DNA of 64,000 bases, taken from NCBI GenBank assembly GCA_963709345.1, contig CAVPVX010000007.1:1-64000 (forward strand), in the 5' to 3' direction. Source of the stretch: an uncultured Actinomycetes bacterium. Its GTDB lineage: Bacteria > Actinomycetota > Thermoleophilia > UBA2241. The notes under the pieces were generated by a model. The model was not told the origin of the DNA and did no database searches. It saw only the letters and a list, made by a program, of their open reading frames with translations. The position numbers and the translations under genes are program-made. Positions 21,894 through 31,710 of the stretch are shown here, piece by piece (within the stretch, counting starts at the first letter, position 1; the number at the start of each line of letters is the position of its first letter).

Positions 21894-24800
21894 TTGTCGC
21901 CTTTTGTTCACGAGACAGGCGCCGGGGCACACGCAGGGAGCGAGGAGGACCGTCTGACGCACCGGCTGCTCAGAGTGAGCGCGGCTGTGATCGCCGTCGT
22001 GGCCGTCGCCGCGACGGCCGCCGCGCTGGGCGCCTGCGGCGCCGACGAAGAGCCTCGGATGGGCGTCGCGCCGCCAAACGCTTCGGCCTTCGACGCCGGG
22101 GTCACCACCGGCGCCGTCTCCTACACCACCCGCGACATCGCGTCGTTCATGGCCGAGCGGCCCACGCAGGCCATGCGCTTCAACGCCGCCAACCTCGCCG
22201 CCGAGAAGATGCTCGGGGAGCCGTCCTCTGCCCCGCCCAGGCTCGACCCACTCGGCACGCCCGACTACTTCGGCGGCAGCGCCAACTGGGTCAACAGCCC
22301 CCCTCTGCGCAAGTTCGTGGACTCGCTGCCCGGCGTGGGGCCCGCGGCGGCCAACGATCTCGGGCAGTACATCCCCGTCGCCGCGCCGGACACCGTCACC
22401 TATCCGGGCTCGGACTACTACGAGATCGCCGTCCGCCAGTTCTCGGAGGCTCTCCACCGCGACCTGCCGAAGACCCGGCTTCGCGGCTACGTGCAGCTCA
22501 ACCTCGGCACCGACGCGAGCGGGCGCAACACCGTCGCACCCGCGAGCATCCACTACCTCGGGCCGCTCATCAGGGCGCGACGCGGGCGGCCCGTGCGCAT
22601 CAAGTTCGTGAACCAGCTGCCGGCCGGGAGCGCCGGCAAGCTCTTCCTTCCGCTCGACCCGACGGTCGTGGGCGCCGGCGCCGGTCCCCTCGGCGGCAAG
22701 CAGACCTATCCGCAGAACCGGGCCGCGTTGCACCTGCACGGCGGGCTCACTCCGTGGATCAGCGGCGGCTCGCAGTACCAGTGGATCACGCCCCCCGGCG
22801 AGCGCTCTCCCTACCGCGACGGCCCGAGCCTCTCGTACGTACCCGACATGTGGTTCGATGCCCAAGGCAGGCCGGTCTCCGAGGGCACGCCCGGGGCCAC
22901 CAACGACCCCGGCCCGGGCGCCACCACGCTCTACTTCCCCAACGACCAGAGCGCCCGCTTCCTCTACCTGCACGACGATACCTTCGGGCTCACGCGACTG
23001 AGCGTGTACGCGGGCGAGGCCGCGCCGTACCTCATCGCCGACAAGGCGGACGCCGAGCTGGTGGCCGGCAACCGCGGCAAGCCCGCGTCGAGCCGGGCGA
23101 TCGACGCGCGGGTGGAGCCCGGCACGGTACCGGCCGCCGAACTGCCGCTGATCATAGAAGACAAGACGTTCGTGCCCGGCGCGGCGCAGGTCAGGCTGCA
23201 GGATCCCACGTGGGACCTGACGCGCTGGGGCGGCCTCGGCGCCCTCTGGTATCCGCACGTGTACATGCCCAACCAGACACGCAGCGACAGCGAGAATTAC
23301 GCCTTGAGCGTGACGATCAACGCCAAGGGACGCTGGGACTACCTCCCCTGGTACTGGACCGACTACGACCGCACCGTCAACGGCCCCGTCGAGAACCCGC
23401 TCTACGGCGCCGCGGCCTATCAGCCGGAGGAGAACCCGGGGACGCCCAACCCGTCCGCGGTGCCCAGCGCCTTCTTCGACACCATGCTGGTCAACGGCGC
23501 CGCCTACCCGTACACCAAGGTCGAGCGCAAGGCCTACAGACTCCGGATCCTCAACGCCTGCGTCGATCGGTCTCTCAACCTCCAGTTGTACTACGCCGTG
23601 TCGAACGAGATCGCCGAAGACAGGACCCGGAGGGCGACCGGAGCTGCAGACCGACTCAGGGGAAGTCCCGCTGCAGCCGGCAGTCGCCTCCGTCACCCCC
23701 GACTGGCCGGCCGACTGGCCCACGGACAGGCGCGCCGGCGGCGTGCCGGCGCCGAGCGCCGTGGGGCCGACGATGATCCAGATCGGCAACGACGGCGGCC
23801 TGCTGCCCATGCCCGTCACGCTGCCCAACACGCCGGTCGGGTACATCGTGCGGGAGCCGACCTCGCAGGACGCCGAGATGGGCGTGCTCACTACCGTCGT
23901 CGGCTTCTCCGCCAAGACGCTCCTTCTGGCCCCGGGCGAGCGCGCCGACGTGGTCGTCGACTTCTCACAGGTCCCGAGCGGCTCCAAGCTCATCCTCTAC
24001 AACGACGCCCCGGCGCCGGCGCCCTTCGGCGACAGCCGGGTCGACTACTTCACCGGCAACACCGACCTCAGCGCGATCGGAGGAGCGCCGACCACGCCGC
24101 CCGGGTACGGCCCCAACACGCGCACGATCCTCCAGTTCCAGGTGGAGGGCCCCGCCGCGCCGGCCTATGACGTGGAACGACTCCGGAAGGCTCTTCCGGC
24201 TGCCTACGCGGCCTCCCAGGACCCGGTGCTCGTGCCGGCCGCCGCCTACGACGCGGCCTACCAGACGAAGACCACCACGAAGATTCCCGCCGCCGAGGCC
24301 GGCACGCTCACGTTCACGCCGCTGGGCCGCGACTACCGGCTCACGCTGCCGGTGCAGGGCAAGATCGTCGGCGAGCTGTTCGACCCCGAGTACGGTCGCA
24401 AGACCGCGGTACTCGGGGTCGTCGCCCCGCTCGCGGCCAGCGGTTCGCGGACTGGAGTCCCCTACTCGGCCATCGACCCCGCCACGGAGTTCGTGGCCGG
24501 CGCCGAGCGCGCGTCCCCACCCACACTCGGCGACGGGACGCAGGTCTGGCGCATCGCGCACGACGGCATGGAGTCGCACAGCGTCTCCTTCGGGGCCTTC
24601 AACGTCCAGGTGCTGGCGCGCGCCGACCGCGACGGGCGCGACCCGCGCCCGCCCGATCCCGGCGAACTGGGCTGGAAGGACACGCTGCGCATCGACCCGC
24701 TCGAGTCGGTCCTCGTGGCCCTCCGGCCCGTGCTTCCAGAGCTTCCGTTCAAGCCGGCTGCCAGTGAGCGCCTGCTCGACGTGACCAGACCCGCCGGCGC

Positions 24801-25240
24801 CGAAGGCGGGTTCACCCCACTCGATCCGCTGAACGCGCTGCCCCGGACCGTCCTCAACGGACCGGCCGACCTGGGTTGGGAGGCATACTGGGGCATGCAC
24901 ATCCCGGCGGGCCTGGAGAGTCACACGGTGCGGCCGCTGGTCGTCCAGGGCAGCCCGCAGGCGCCCGTAGGGCTGACGGCCACCCAGGGCGACGACACGC
25001 GGGTGACGCTCGCCTGGTCGGCGCTCGATCTTCCCGCCCGAGGCCATAGCCTACGAGGTGGAGCGCGCCTCCGACGAGGGCTTCCGCGATGACCGTGCGG
25101 TCCTGAGGGCGCCGCGCGACGCGACCTCGCTGACCGACGACTCGGCGCCGGCCGGCAGCACCTGCTACTACCGGGTGCGGGCCGAGGGCGAGACCGGGTA
25201 TTCGCCGTGGTCGGCCCCGGTCGAATTTGCAGTTCCGTGA
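21894..25240 (+). CDS. Multicopper-oxidase-like lipoprotein with degenerate copper sites and C-terminal FN3 (frameshifts at ~23650-23740 and ~25030)
   Basis: Collinear with the 8860-14797 protein (LRGYVQL, QSARF, IEDKTFVP, GYGPNTRT, ELGWKDTLR). It has a lipobox ALGAC and an FN3 tail (YYRVRAEGETGYSPWS). Start is uncertain. Confidence 0.8.
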
Positions 25241-25318
25241 TGCACGAAACGTGCGGATTGCAGTAGACTGCTCGCGCGGGCGTACGCCGGCGCGTTCGGT
25301 CTTAGGGGTGCGGGGGTC

Positions 25319-25900
25319 ATGGTGCTCAAGAAACGTTGGTACAGGTATCTCTGGTTCGCCTTGGCGATGGCGCTGGCCTTCGGCTTGGGCGCTTGGCGCG
25401 TGACGATGGCCGACGGCGAGTCCGTCGGCTTCGCCGTCAACTACCCGGCCAGCGGCGGCGACGCCGGCGGGCCCGGCGCGATGGGCAACACGGGCGTCGT
25501 GGAGATGAACGTCGGCAACACCGGCATCCTCAAGAGGATCGTCCAGCCGGACGTCGTCAGCCTGTCCAGTCACTGGGTGCGGAACGTCGGCGACACGCCG
25601 CGGCGCATCCGGGTCGCCGCCGAGGGCTTCGACTACCCCATCCGCTGGGAGTCGCATGAGCTCACCTGGGACGAAGAGACGCACTCGGTGGGTCGCCTGC
25701 TGGATCCGGACGAGGCGATCGGCGTGGAACTCTTCGTCACCTTGCCCTGGCCCTACCCCGCCGACATCTACACGCTCGACCAGGGCAAGTTCACCGTGTA
25801 CGACGCCGACACCGGTGAACTGCTCACGGCGCTGCCCATCTCCATCGTGAACACCCGCTTCGGCGCAGCCAAGGGAGGAGACTGCTGTGCTCCGCAGTGA
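25319..25900 (+). CDS. Hypothetical membrane-anchored exported protein ending in GGDCCAPQ
   Basis: Clean 193-aa ORF with an N-terminal TM helix and GC3-rich codons. It overlaps the next gene. Confidence 0.65.
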   Translation: MVLKKRWYRYLWFALAMALAFGLGAWRVTMADGESVGFAVNYPASGGDAGGPGAMGNTGVVEMNVGNTGILKRIVQPDVVSLSSHWVRNVGDTPRRIRVAAEGFDYPIRWESHELTWDEETHSVGRLLDPDEAIGVELFVTLPWPYPADIYTLDQGKFTVYDADTGELLTALPISIVNTRFGAAKGGDCCAPQ

Positions 25901-26771
25901 GGCGGTGCTGCCGGCCGCGACAGGCCTGCGCCGCAATCGCCTCCTGAGGATCGGCTTCTTCTTCGTCGGGCTCCTGCTCTTCTACGCGCCCTTCGCCTTC
26001 TTCGTGCAACTGCTCGCCCCGGTCTTCCCCGGCACCTCCGCGGCCAACAGCGTCGCCGACGTGCACACCGTGTGCCTGCGCATGCCGATCACCTGGCTCG
26101 TGCAGCCGTGGCTGTGGTCCACCATGCTCGGCAACCCCGTGTACCTGTTCGCCGTGATCGTGCTGCCGCTGGCGGCCGTCTTCGGCGGGCCGCTCTTCTG
26201 CGGCTGGGTCTGCCCGGCCGGCGGCATCACCGAGCACCTGGGCCGCATCGTCCCCGACCGCTTCAAGTACGACGTCCACGGCAAGGTGCCGCTGGCGCCC
26301 GTGCGCTACGGCTTCTTCGTCGGCCTCCTCCTGGCGCCGTTCGTGGCCACCGGCATCTGCTGCTCCTTCTGCAACTTCACGCCCATGCAGAACTTCCTCA
26401 GCGCAGCCACCGGCGACTTCCGCGGCTTCCTGTACTTCAGCACCATGAGCGTGTTCACGATGTTCGTGTGGCTCATCCCGATGGGGCTGTTCACCAAGGG
26501 CGGCCGCGGCTGGTGCAACTTCCTCTGCCCCGTGGGCGCCTGGTCCAACCTGGCGTCCACCGCCACCGGCCGCCTGCCGTTCGCGGTTCGTGTGCGGCAC
26601 GACGCCTCCAAGTGCTCCGGCTGCGGCGGCTGCGAAGATCTGTGCCCGCCGCGCGCCGTGACCGTGCGTCCCGAGAAGGAGGTCGACGTGAGCCCGTACA
26701 TCTGCAACGCCTGCCTCGACTGCGTCAAGGCGTGCCCGACGGGCGCTCTCCGCTACGGGAGGCCCGAGTGA
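25887..26771 (+). CDS. Membrane polyferredoxin (NapH/MauN/CcoG-type 4Fe-4S binding protein)
   Basis: FCGWVCPAG and WCNFLCPVG (CxxxCP motifs), plus CSGCGGCEDLCP and CNACLDCVKACP. Confidence 0.9.
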   Translation: MLRSEAVLPAATGLRRNRLLRIGFFFVGLLLFYAPFAFFVQLLAPVFPGTSAANSVADVHTVCLRMPITWLVQPWLWSTMLGNPVYLFAVIVLPLAAVFGGPLFCGWVCPAGGITEHLGRIVPDRFKYDVHGKVPLAPVRYGFFVGLLLAPFVATGICCSFCNFTPMQNFLSAATGDFRGFLYFSTMSVFTMFVWLIPMGLFTKGGRGWCNFLCPVGAWSNLASTATGRLPFAVRVRHDASKCSGCGGCEDLCPPRAVTVRPEKEVDVSPYICNACLDCVKACPTGALRYGRPE

Positions 26772-27016
26772 AGGTCAAGCGCGACTCCCTCACCGTCTTC
26801 GGGGGCACGGCCGGCGCCGTGTTCGTCGCCGCCGCCGTCGCCCGGGTCGTCTGCCCCGGCGGCTGCCAGACCTGTGAGACCTGCATCTCGTCGATCGCCC
26901 CCATGGGGGCCGGCTTCCTCACCGTCGGCGGCGTCCTGACGGCGACGACGCTCTCCAAGCGGAAGCGGCGGCGGGCGACGGACGACGAAGATGCGACCGG
27001 GGCGCCGGACGCCTGA
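26768..27016 (+). CDS. Small 2-TM protein with CPGGCQTCETC motif
   Basis: GTG overlaps the polyferredoxin stop (GTGA). 82 aa: VKVKRDSLTVFGGTAGAVFVAAAVARVVCPGGCQTCETCISSIAPMGAGFL.. Confidence 0.6.
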   Translation: MKVKRDSLTVFGGTAGAVFVAAAVARVVCPGGCQTCETCISSIAPMGAGFLTVGGVLTATTLSKRKRRRATDDEDATGAPDA

Positions 27017-27168
27017 TCCGGGCACTGTCTGCGCGAGCGGCAACGTCACCGTGACTGAGGCTGCGCCCTCTGGCTACCGTCCGCCGGGCGAGTCAGCATG
27101 CACGCATGAGGACCCCGGCCGATCTGAATGCCCGTGTCACACGTGACCCGTGCTACACTGATCTCGTC

Positions 27169-27424
27169 ATGGCCAACCTGACGATCAGCATCGATGAGGG
27201 TCTGCTTCGCCAGGCGCGGATCCGCGCTCTTGAGCAGGGCACGTCGGTCAACGCACTGCTGCGGGATTACCTCACGGCGTTCGCCGGCGCCGCCGACGCG
27301 CAGGCAAGCGCCCTGACCGACCTCCTGGCATTGTCCGCCGTCTCGACGGCGCGCCGTGGCTCCTCGACGTGGACTCGTGAGGAACTCCAGCGCGCGACTC
27401 GCCGACGACGAGACGGCGGTGTGA
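27169..27424 (+). CDS. Ribbon-helix-helix (DUF6364-like) antitoxin
   Basis: MANLTISIDEGLLRQARIRALEQGTSVNALLRDYL..WTREEL. Upstream are the palindrome GTCAC-ac-GTGAC (27136-27147) and -10 TACACT. As assembled it reads through into the toxin. Confidence 0.75.
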
Positions 27425-27840
27425 GGGTCTTCCTCGACACCAACGTTCTCGTCTACCTCTTCGACGCCGATGCTCCAGCCAAACAGGAGCGCGCACGGGC
27501 AGTCGTCGACGACCTCGTCCGGACTCGCCGCCTCGTCCTCAGCTCACAGGTGCTCAGTGAGCTGTATGTCACCGTCACGCGGAAGCTCCACGTGCCGCTG
27601 CCCCAAGAGCAGGCCCTGCGCGTCCTCGACGACCTCGCGGCGTTTCCCGTTGTCGCCGTGGACACCGCGCTTGTGCAACGTGCCGCATCGCGGTCGGCCA
27701 CGGGGTGCATCTCGTACTGGGATGCACTCATCCTCGAGGCCGCCGTCGATGCGGGCGCCGCGACGGTCTACTCCGAGGATCTCCAGCCGGGCACAGGCTA
27801 TCCGGGAGTGACCATCGAGGATCCGTTCGCCACGACGTAG
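27421..27840 (+). CDS. vapC: VapC/PIN-domain toxin
   Basis: VRVFLDTNVLVY..SSQVLSELY..SYWDALILEAA..VYSEDLQ. Confidence 0.9.
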   Translation: MRVFLDTNVLVYLFDADAPAKQERARAVVDDLVRTRRLVLSSQVLSELYVTVTRKLHVPLPQEQALRVLDDLAAFPVVAVDTALVQRAASRSATGCISYWDALILEAAVDAGAATVYSEDLQPGTGYPGVTIEDPFATT

Positions 27841-28256
27841 ACTCCGGCCGATCCGGCTACTCCTGGTACACGTGCAGTTCGATGGCGAACGGACAGATGC
27901 GATGGCCGAGAAGAGCGCCGGCTCTGTGATGGTCTGGTCTGCCTCGTCGCTCCCGTCCTCGTCTCGGCACTCGAGGGGTTGCGGCCGTCACCGTCGCCAC
28001 AAGCGCCGCTGCCGCCGAAACTGCGTCGCGGCGGCGGCACGCGCGGCCTCGAGCCGGCCGGCGCCCTCCTCCCCGTCCGCGGCCTCCCAGTCGTTCACGC
28101 CGGGAGTAAGGAGCCGCCGGAAGAGGCACCCTGCTCCGGCGGCCCACGAATCCATGCCGCGGGCCTCCCGCACGATCTCGGCGGCGCATGAAGACGACTC
28201 GGTACTCGAACTCCGGCGGAAGGTACTTGAGCTGGACGCGGATAGGACACTTTCTC

Positions 28257-29467
28257 CTACTCCTCCCCCGCCGTCGGGTCCATGCCGTCATGGGGACGAG
28301 ACATCCGGGGGCGTCCGTGCCTCCTCCTCCTCGCCACCGCCGCCGCGCGCGCGTGAGCCACCTCGCAGAAGTACTCCACCCAGGCGTCCATGCGGCCGGT
28401 CTCGAGCGCGGCGTGCGCCGGGCACCACAGGCAGAGGTTGACGATGTCGCAGGTGCGGCACTTCTCGAGGAACTCGGGGTCGGAGCCGCGCAGTTCGCGC
28501 ACCCGCGGGATGTGCTCCTCCCAGGCCTCGCGCAGGCTGACAGCGTTCGGCGCGCCGGGACGAACGCTCACCACCGTGTCGGGATGCCAGAGGGAGCTGC
28601 AGAGGCGAAAGGTGCCGTCGTAGCCCACGCTGAAGCTCCCGTTGCCCGCGCCGCAGTGGAAGAGGTGGTCGCAGACCGAGCCGTCTGGGTGCAGGGCCGC
28701 TTGGTGGTCGGCCGGGAAGACCAGGTTGCCCTCGGCGCAGCCCTTCTGTAGCGCGCCGAAGCGCTCCTCGTCGGCGCGCTCCACGGCGACGACCTCCTCG
28801 GGCGAGAGCCGCTCGGCGCGGATCTCCGCGTTGCGCGCCGCGTCGCCGTCGAAGCGCAGGTGCAGCAGCGGGTCGAAGCGGTAGTAATCCTTGGTGTGCG
28901 CGCGGCAGAAGGCGGACATCTCCGCGAGCTCGTGCACGTTGGAGCGCAGGGCCATCGCCTTGAGGCGGACCTTGACGCCGCTCCCAAGCAGGAGATCCAG
29001 GCCCCGGCGAAAGGCGTCGTAGGAGCCGGGGCGCGCGTGACGCGCTCGTACGTCTCGCGCGTCGCCCCGTACACGCTCACCTCGATGTCGCGCGGCGGGT
29101 AGCGGCGGAAGAGCTCCACGTGCGCCGCCGTCACGAGGCACGCGTTGGTGAACACGCTGACCAGCAGGCCGAGCCGCTTGAGCCCGAGGTAGACCTCCGC
29201 GAAGTCCTCGCGCAGCAGCGGCTCGCCGCCGGTGAGCAGGCACCAGACGGCGCCGAGGTCCGCGGCCTCGCCGGCCAGAGCGAGGATCTCGGCCGTGGTC
29301 ATCTCGACGGCGCGCGCCGTCGGGTCGCCGGCCGGGAGGGCGATGTAGCAGTGCCGGCAGGCGTTGTTGCAGCGCGCCGTCACCTCGAGGTCGAAGCTCA
29401 GCGGCCGGCGCCGATCCTTGAGCTTGTCCCAGAGGACGAAGTCCTGGACCTGCATGTGCTCAGCCAC
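28257..29467 (-). CDS. Radical SAM/SPASM peptide maturase 1 (frameshift at ~29030)
   Basis: CNNACRHC and TGGEPLLREDF. SPASM region FHCGAG..LCSSL..KCRTCDIVNLCLWCPAHA..YFCEVAH. Confidence 0.88.
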
Positions 29468-29518
29468 TGCGAGTCCCGCAACGCGCTGCGTCAGCCGCGA
29501 GAGACGCCTTCGGCCTGC

Positions 29519-29914
29519 TCACCGCAGCGGCTCCAGCTCCACGTCCGTGCGGGGGAAGTCCGCGCCGACCGCGAGCAGGGGCTGGTCGCTGAGCCGTGCG
29601 ACGGCGTACGACATGCAGTCCCCGAAGTTCAGCGCCGCCTCGTGCCTCCCCTTGCCAAAACGCAGAAAGGCGTCGGTCGCCTCGGCCCAGTGCGCCTCTG
29701 AGAACGGCACGACGGTGATCGCGAACTCCTGCAGCAGCCGGCCGAGCAGCGGCAAAGGGTCGGATCCCAACCTGCCGGCGAGCACCAGTGAGGTCTCGGT
29801 GAGTGTCGGCGCTCCGATGGCGACCGTGTCGGCCTCCTGGAGCCGCCGCTCCACCACCTCTGCCGTCGGCTCGCCGAAGACCAGCGCAACGAGAGCCGAT
29901 GAGTCGACGATCAC
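29519..29914 (-). CDS. vapC: VapC/PIN-domain toxin
   Basis: MIVDSSALVAL..RFGKGRHEAALNFGDCMSYAVA..GADFPRTD. Confidence 0.93.
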   Translation of the reverse strand: MIVDSSALVALVFGEPTAEVVERRLQEADTVAIGAPTLTETSLVLAGRLGSDPLPLLGRLLQEFAITVVPFSEAHWAEATDAFLRFGKGRHEAALNFGDCMSYAVARLSDQPLLAVGADFPRTDVELEPLR

Positions 29915-29917
29915 GGG

Positions 29918-30190
29918 TCAGACCCCGTCCGGGCCGTACCCCAAGATCCGTTCCCTCTCCGCCTTGTCGGGCCCGTGACCCAGCTGCTCCGGCGGGATGA
30001 CCGCCCACACCTCGCGCTCGAGAAAGCGCCGCAGGTGACGCCGGCGCGCCTCGGGTGCGATGCGCAGCGCGAGCCGGTCGCGCCGTTCGCGCATCGCCTG
30101 GCGGATGGCCTGCGTCTTGGTCTCGCCGGTCATCACCGCGACCTCGTTCACGAGCCGCTCCGTCTCATCGTTCTTGATGGTGAGGCCCAC
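29918..30190 (-). CDS. vapB: VapB antitoxin (Rv0623-like)
   Basis: MGLTIKNDETERLVNEVAVMTGETKTQAIRQAMRER..ILGYGPDGV, directly upstream of the PIN gene. Confidence 0.88.
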   Translation of the reverse strand: MGLTIKNDETERLVNEVAVMTGETKTQAIRQAMRERRDRLALRIAPEARRRHLRRFLEREVWAVIPPEQLGHGPDKAERERILGYGPDGV

Positions 30191-30262
30191 TGCTGACCCT
30201 TTCGCCCGATGCGAGTGCTACTGAGAACGGAAGTCTACCATACACATGTCCCTCATACACCA

Positions 30263-31361
30263 TTATGTAACCCTTGAGGGTGACGCCCCGAGCCCGACGC
30301 GCAGCGCGATGCGGCGGCGGCCGGTCTTGGCCGCCTCCGCCGCCAGCAGCGGATCCAGCGCCGGCACGGCCGCCGGCGCGAAGCCCAGCTTGTCGTACAA
30401 GCGCAGCGCCGGGGTGTTGTCCGCGTAGACAACACCGAGGAGCTCGGGCGCGCCGCAGGCGGCCGCCCGCGCCAGCGCTTCCCGCGTGAGCGCCTCACCC
30501 ACGCCGAGGCCGCGGTACGGCGTCCAGACGGTGAGCGAGTGCAGCCAGGCGCCGGCCCACGGGCCGGCCGCGGCGCCCCTGACCACGAGCTCGACGAAGC
30601 CGGCGACGCGCCCGCCGGCCACGGCGACCAGACGGGTGCACTCCTGCGAGGTCGCCGCGTCCGCCGTCGCCTCGGCTGCCGTAGCCCCCTGTGAGGTCGC
30701 CGCGTCCGCCCGCCGGGTGTCGTCCAGGGGCGGATCCGCCACGACCACGCCCAGGCGCGCCGAGACGGCCGCCATGTCCGCAGGCGTCGCCTCGCGTACC
30801 AGCACGCGCGGCGCCAGCCGCCTGCCGGCGCTCCGGTAGACCGGCAGGCCCTGCGCCGCGCGCAGCCCGGCGCCGGCCGCGCGCCGCGGCGCGAGCCGCG
30901 CCGCCCGCAGCCGCGGCAGCAAGCCGCGGCGGCTCAGGGCGGCGACCCACGCGCCGCTCTCCCCCACGCCGGCGCGCACCACGCGGCCGCCGCGCTCCAC
31001 GCGCACGACGCGCCCCACGAAGGCCTCTCGCGCAAAGGCGCCGTCCGGCTGCCGGCAGTTGTCGCCGCGGACCAGCCAGCGACCGCCCCGACGGTCCACC
31101 ACGCGATGCAGCGCCATGCGGCCGTGCCCGTCCAGCGCCACGGCCACGACGTCGCCCACACTCGGGTCGTCACGCAGCGGCTCGACGGTGACGACGTCGC
31201 CGTCGCGGATGAAGGGGGTCATGCTGAACCCGCGCACCGCCGTGCGCAGCGGCGCGCCGCGCTCGGCGGCGCCGCGCAGCAGCTCCGAGCTGCCCGGGGT
31301 TGCTCAGGCGCAGGTCGCCGCCGCGCACCACGTACGGCGATGACGGCGTTCCCGCGGCCAT
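30263..31361 (-). CDS. S24/S26-family peptidase fused to GNAT acetyltransferase (5' frameshift at ~31285)
   Basis: VRGFSMTPFIRDGDVVTV..GDVV..LHRVV..VRGDN (S24/S26 with a Ser-His dyad), then WLHSLTVWTPYRGLGVG..NTPALRLYDKLGF (GNAT). The N-terminus lies in ORF 31170-31361. Confidence 0.82.
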
Positions 31362-31366
31362 GGAGC

Positions 31367-31672
31367 TTATGCTCCGGCCGCCAGGATCCCGCGCTGCGTG
31401 AGCTCTGTGGCGAACCCGATCACGTCCGTCTCGATCTCATCCGTGGGCGCGTCGAACTCCGCCGCCAGCGCGGCCGCCACCTCGGCCAGCGACTGCTGCC
31501 CGTCGAGCCGACGCCAGATCGCGTGCCCCGTCTCGTTCAGCGTGTACAACTCGTCGTCGGCGTCGCCGATGCCGGCCACCAGCGGTACGATCACGATCTC
31601 GCCCTCGATCTCCCGGGCCACCACGTCGTCCGACGGCACGCAGACCGTCTGCAGCGTCACTTCACTCGTCAT
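31367..31672 (-). CDS. PqqD-family RiPP recognition element (RRE)
   Basis: VVAREIEGEIVIVP..YTLNETGHAIWRRLDG..LAAEFDA...IETDVIGFATEL..GIL. Confidence 0.92.
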   Translation of the reverse strand: MTSEVTLQTVCVPSDDVVAREIEGEIVIVPLVAGIGDADDELYTLNETGHAIWRRLDGQQSLAEVAAALAAEFDAPTDEIETDVIGFATELTQRGILAAGA

Positions 31673-31710
31673 CAGGATGTCCCTTCATCACGTCGTGGAC
31701 TGCACTCGCG

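Noticed and set aside
27106-27840. Natural antitoxin-toxin fusion protein
   Set aside because: A shifted frame gives GC3-rich codons ending in a TGA that overlaps the toxin GTG (GTGA), the usual two-gene layout. An indel error is more likely, although it is checkable in reads.
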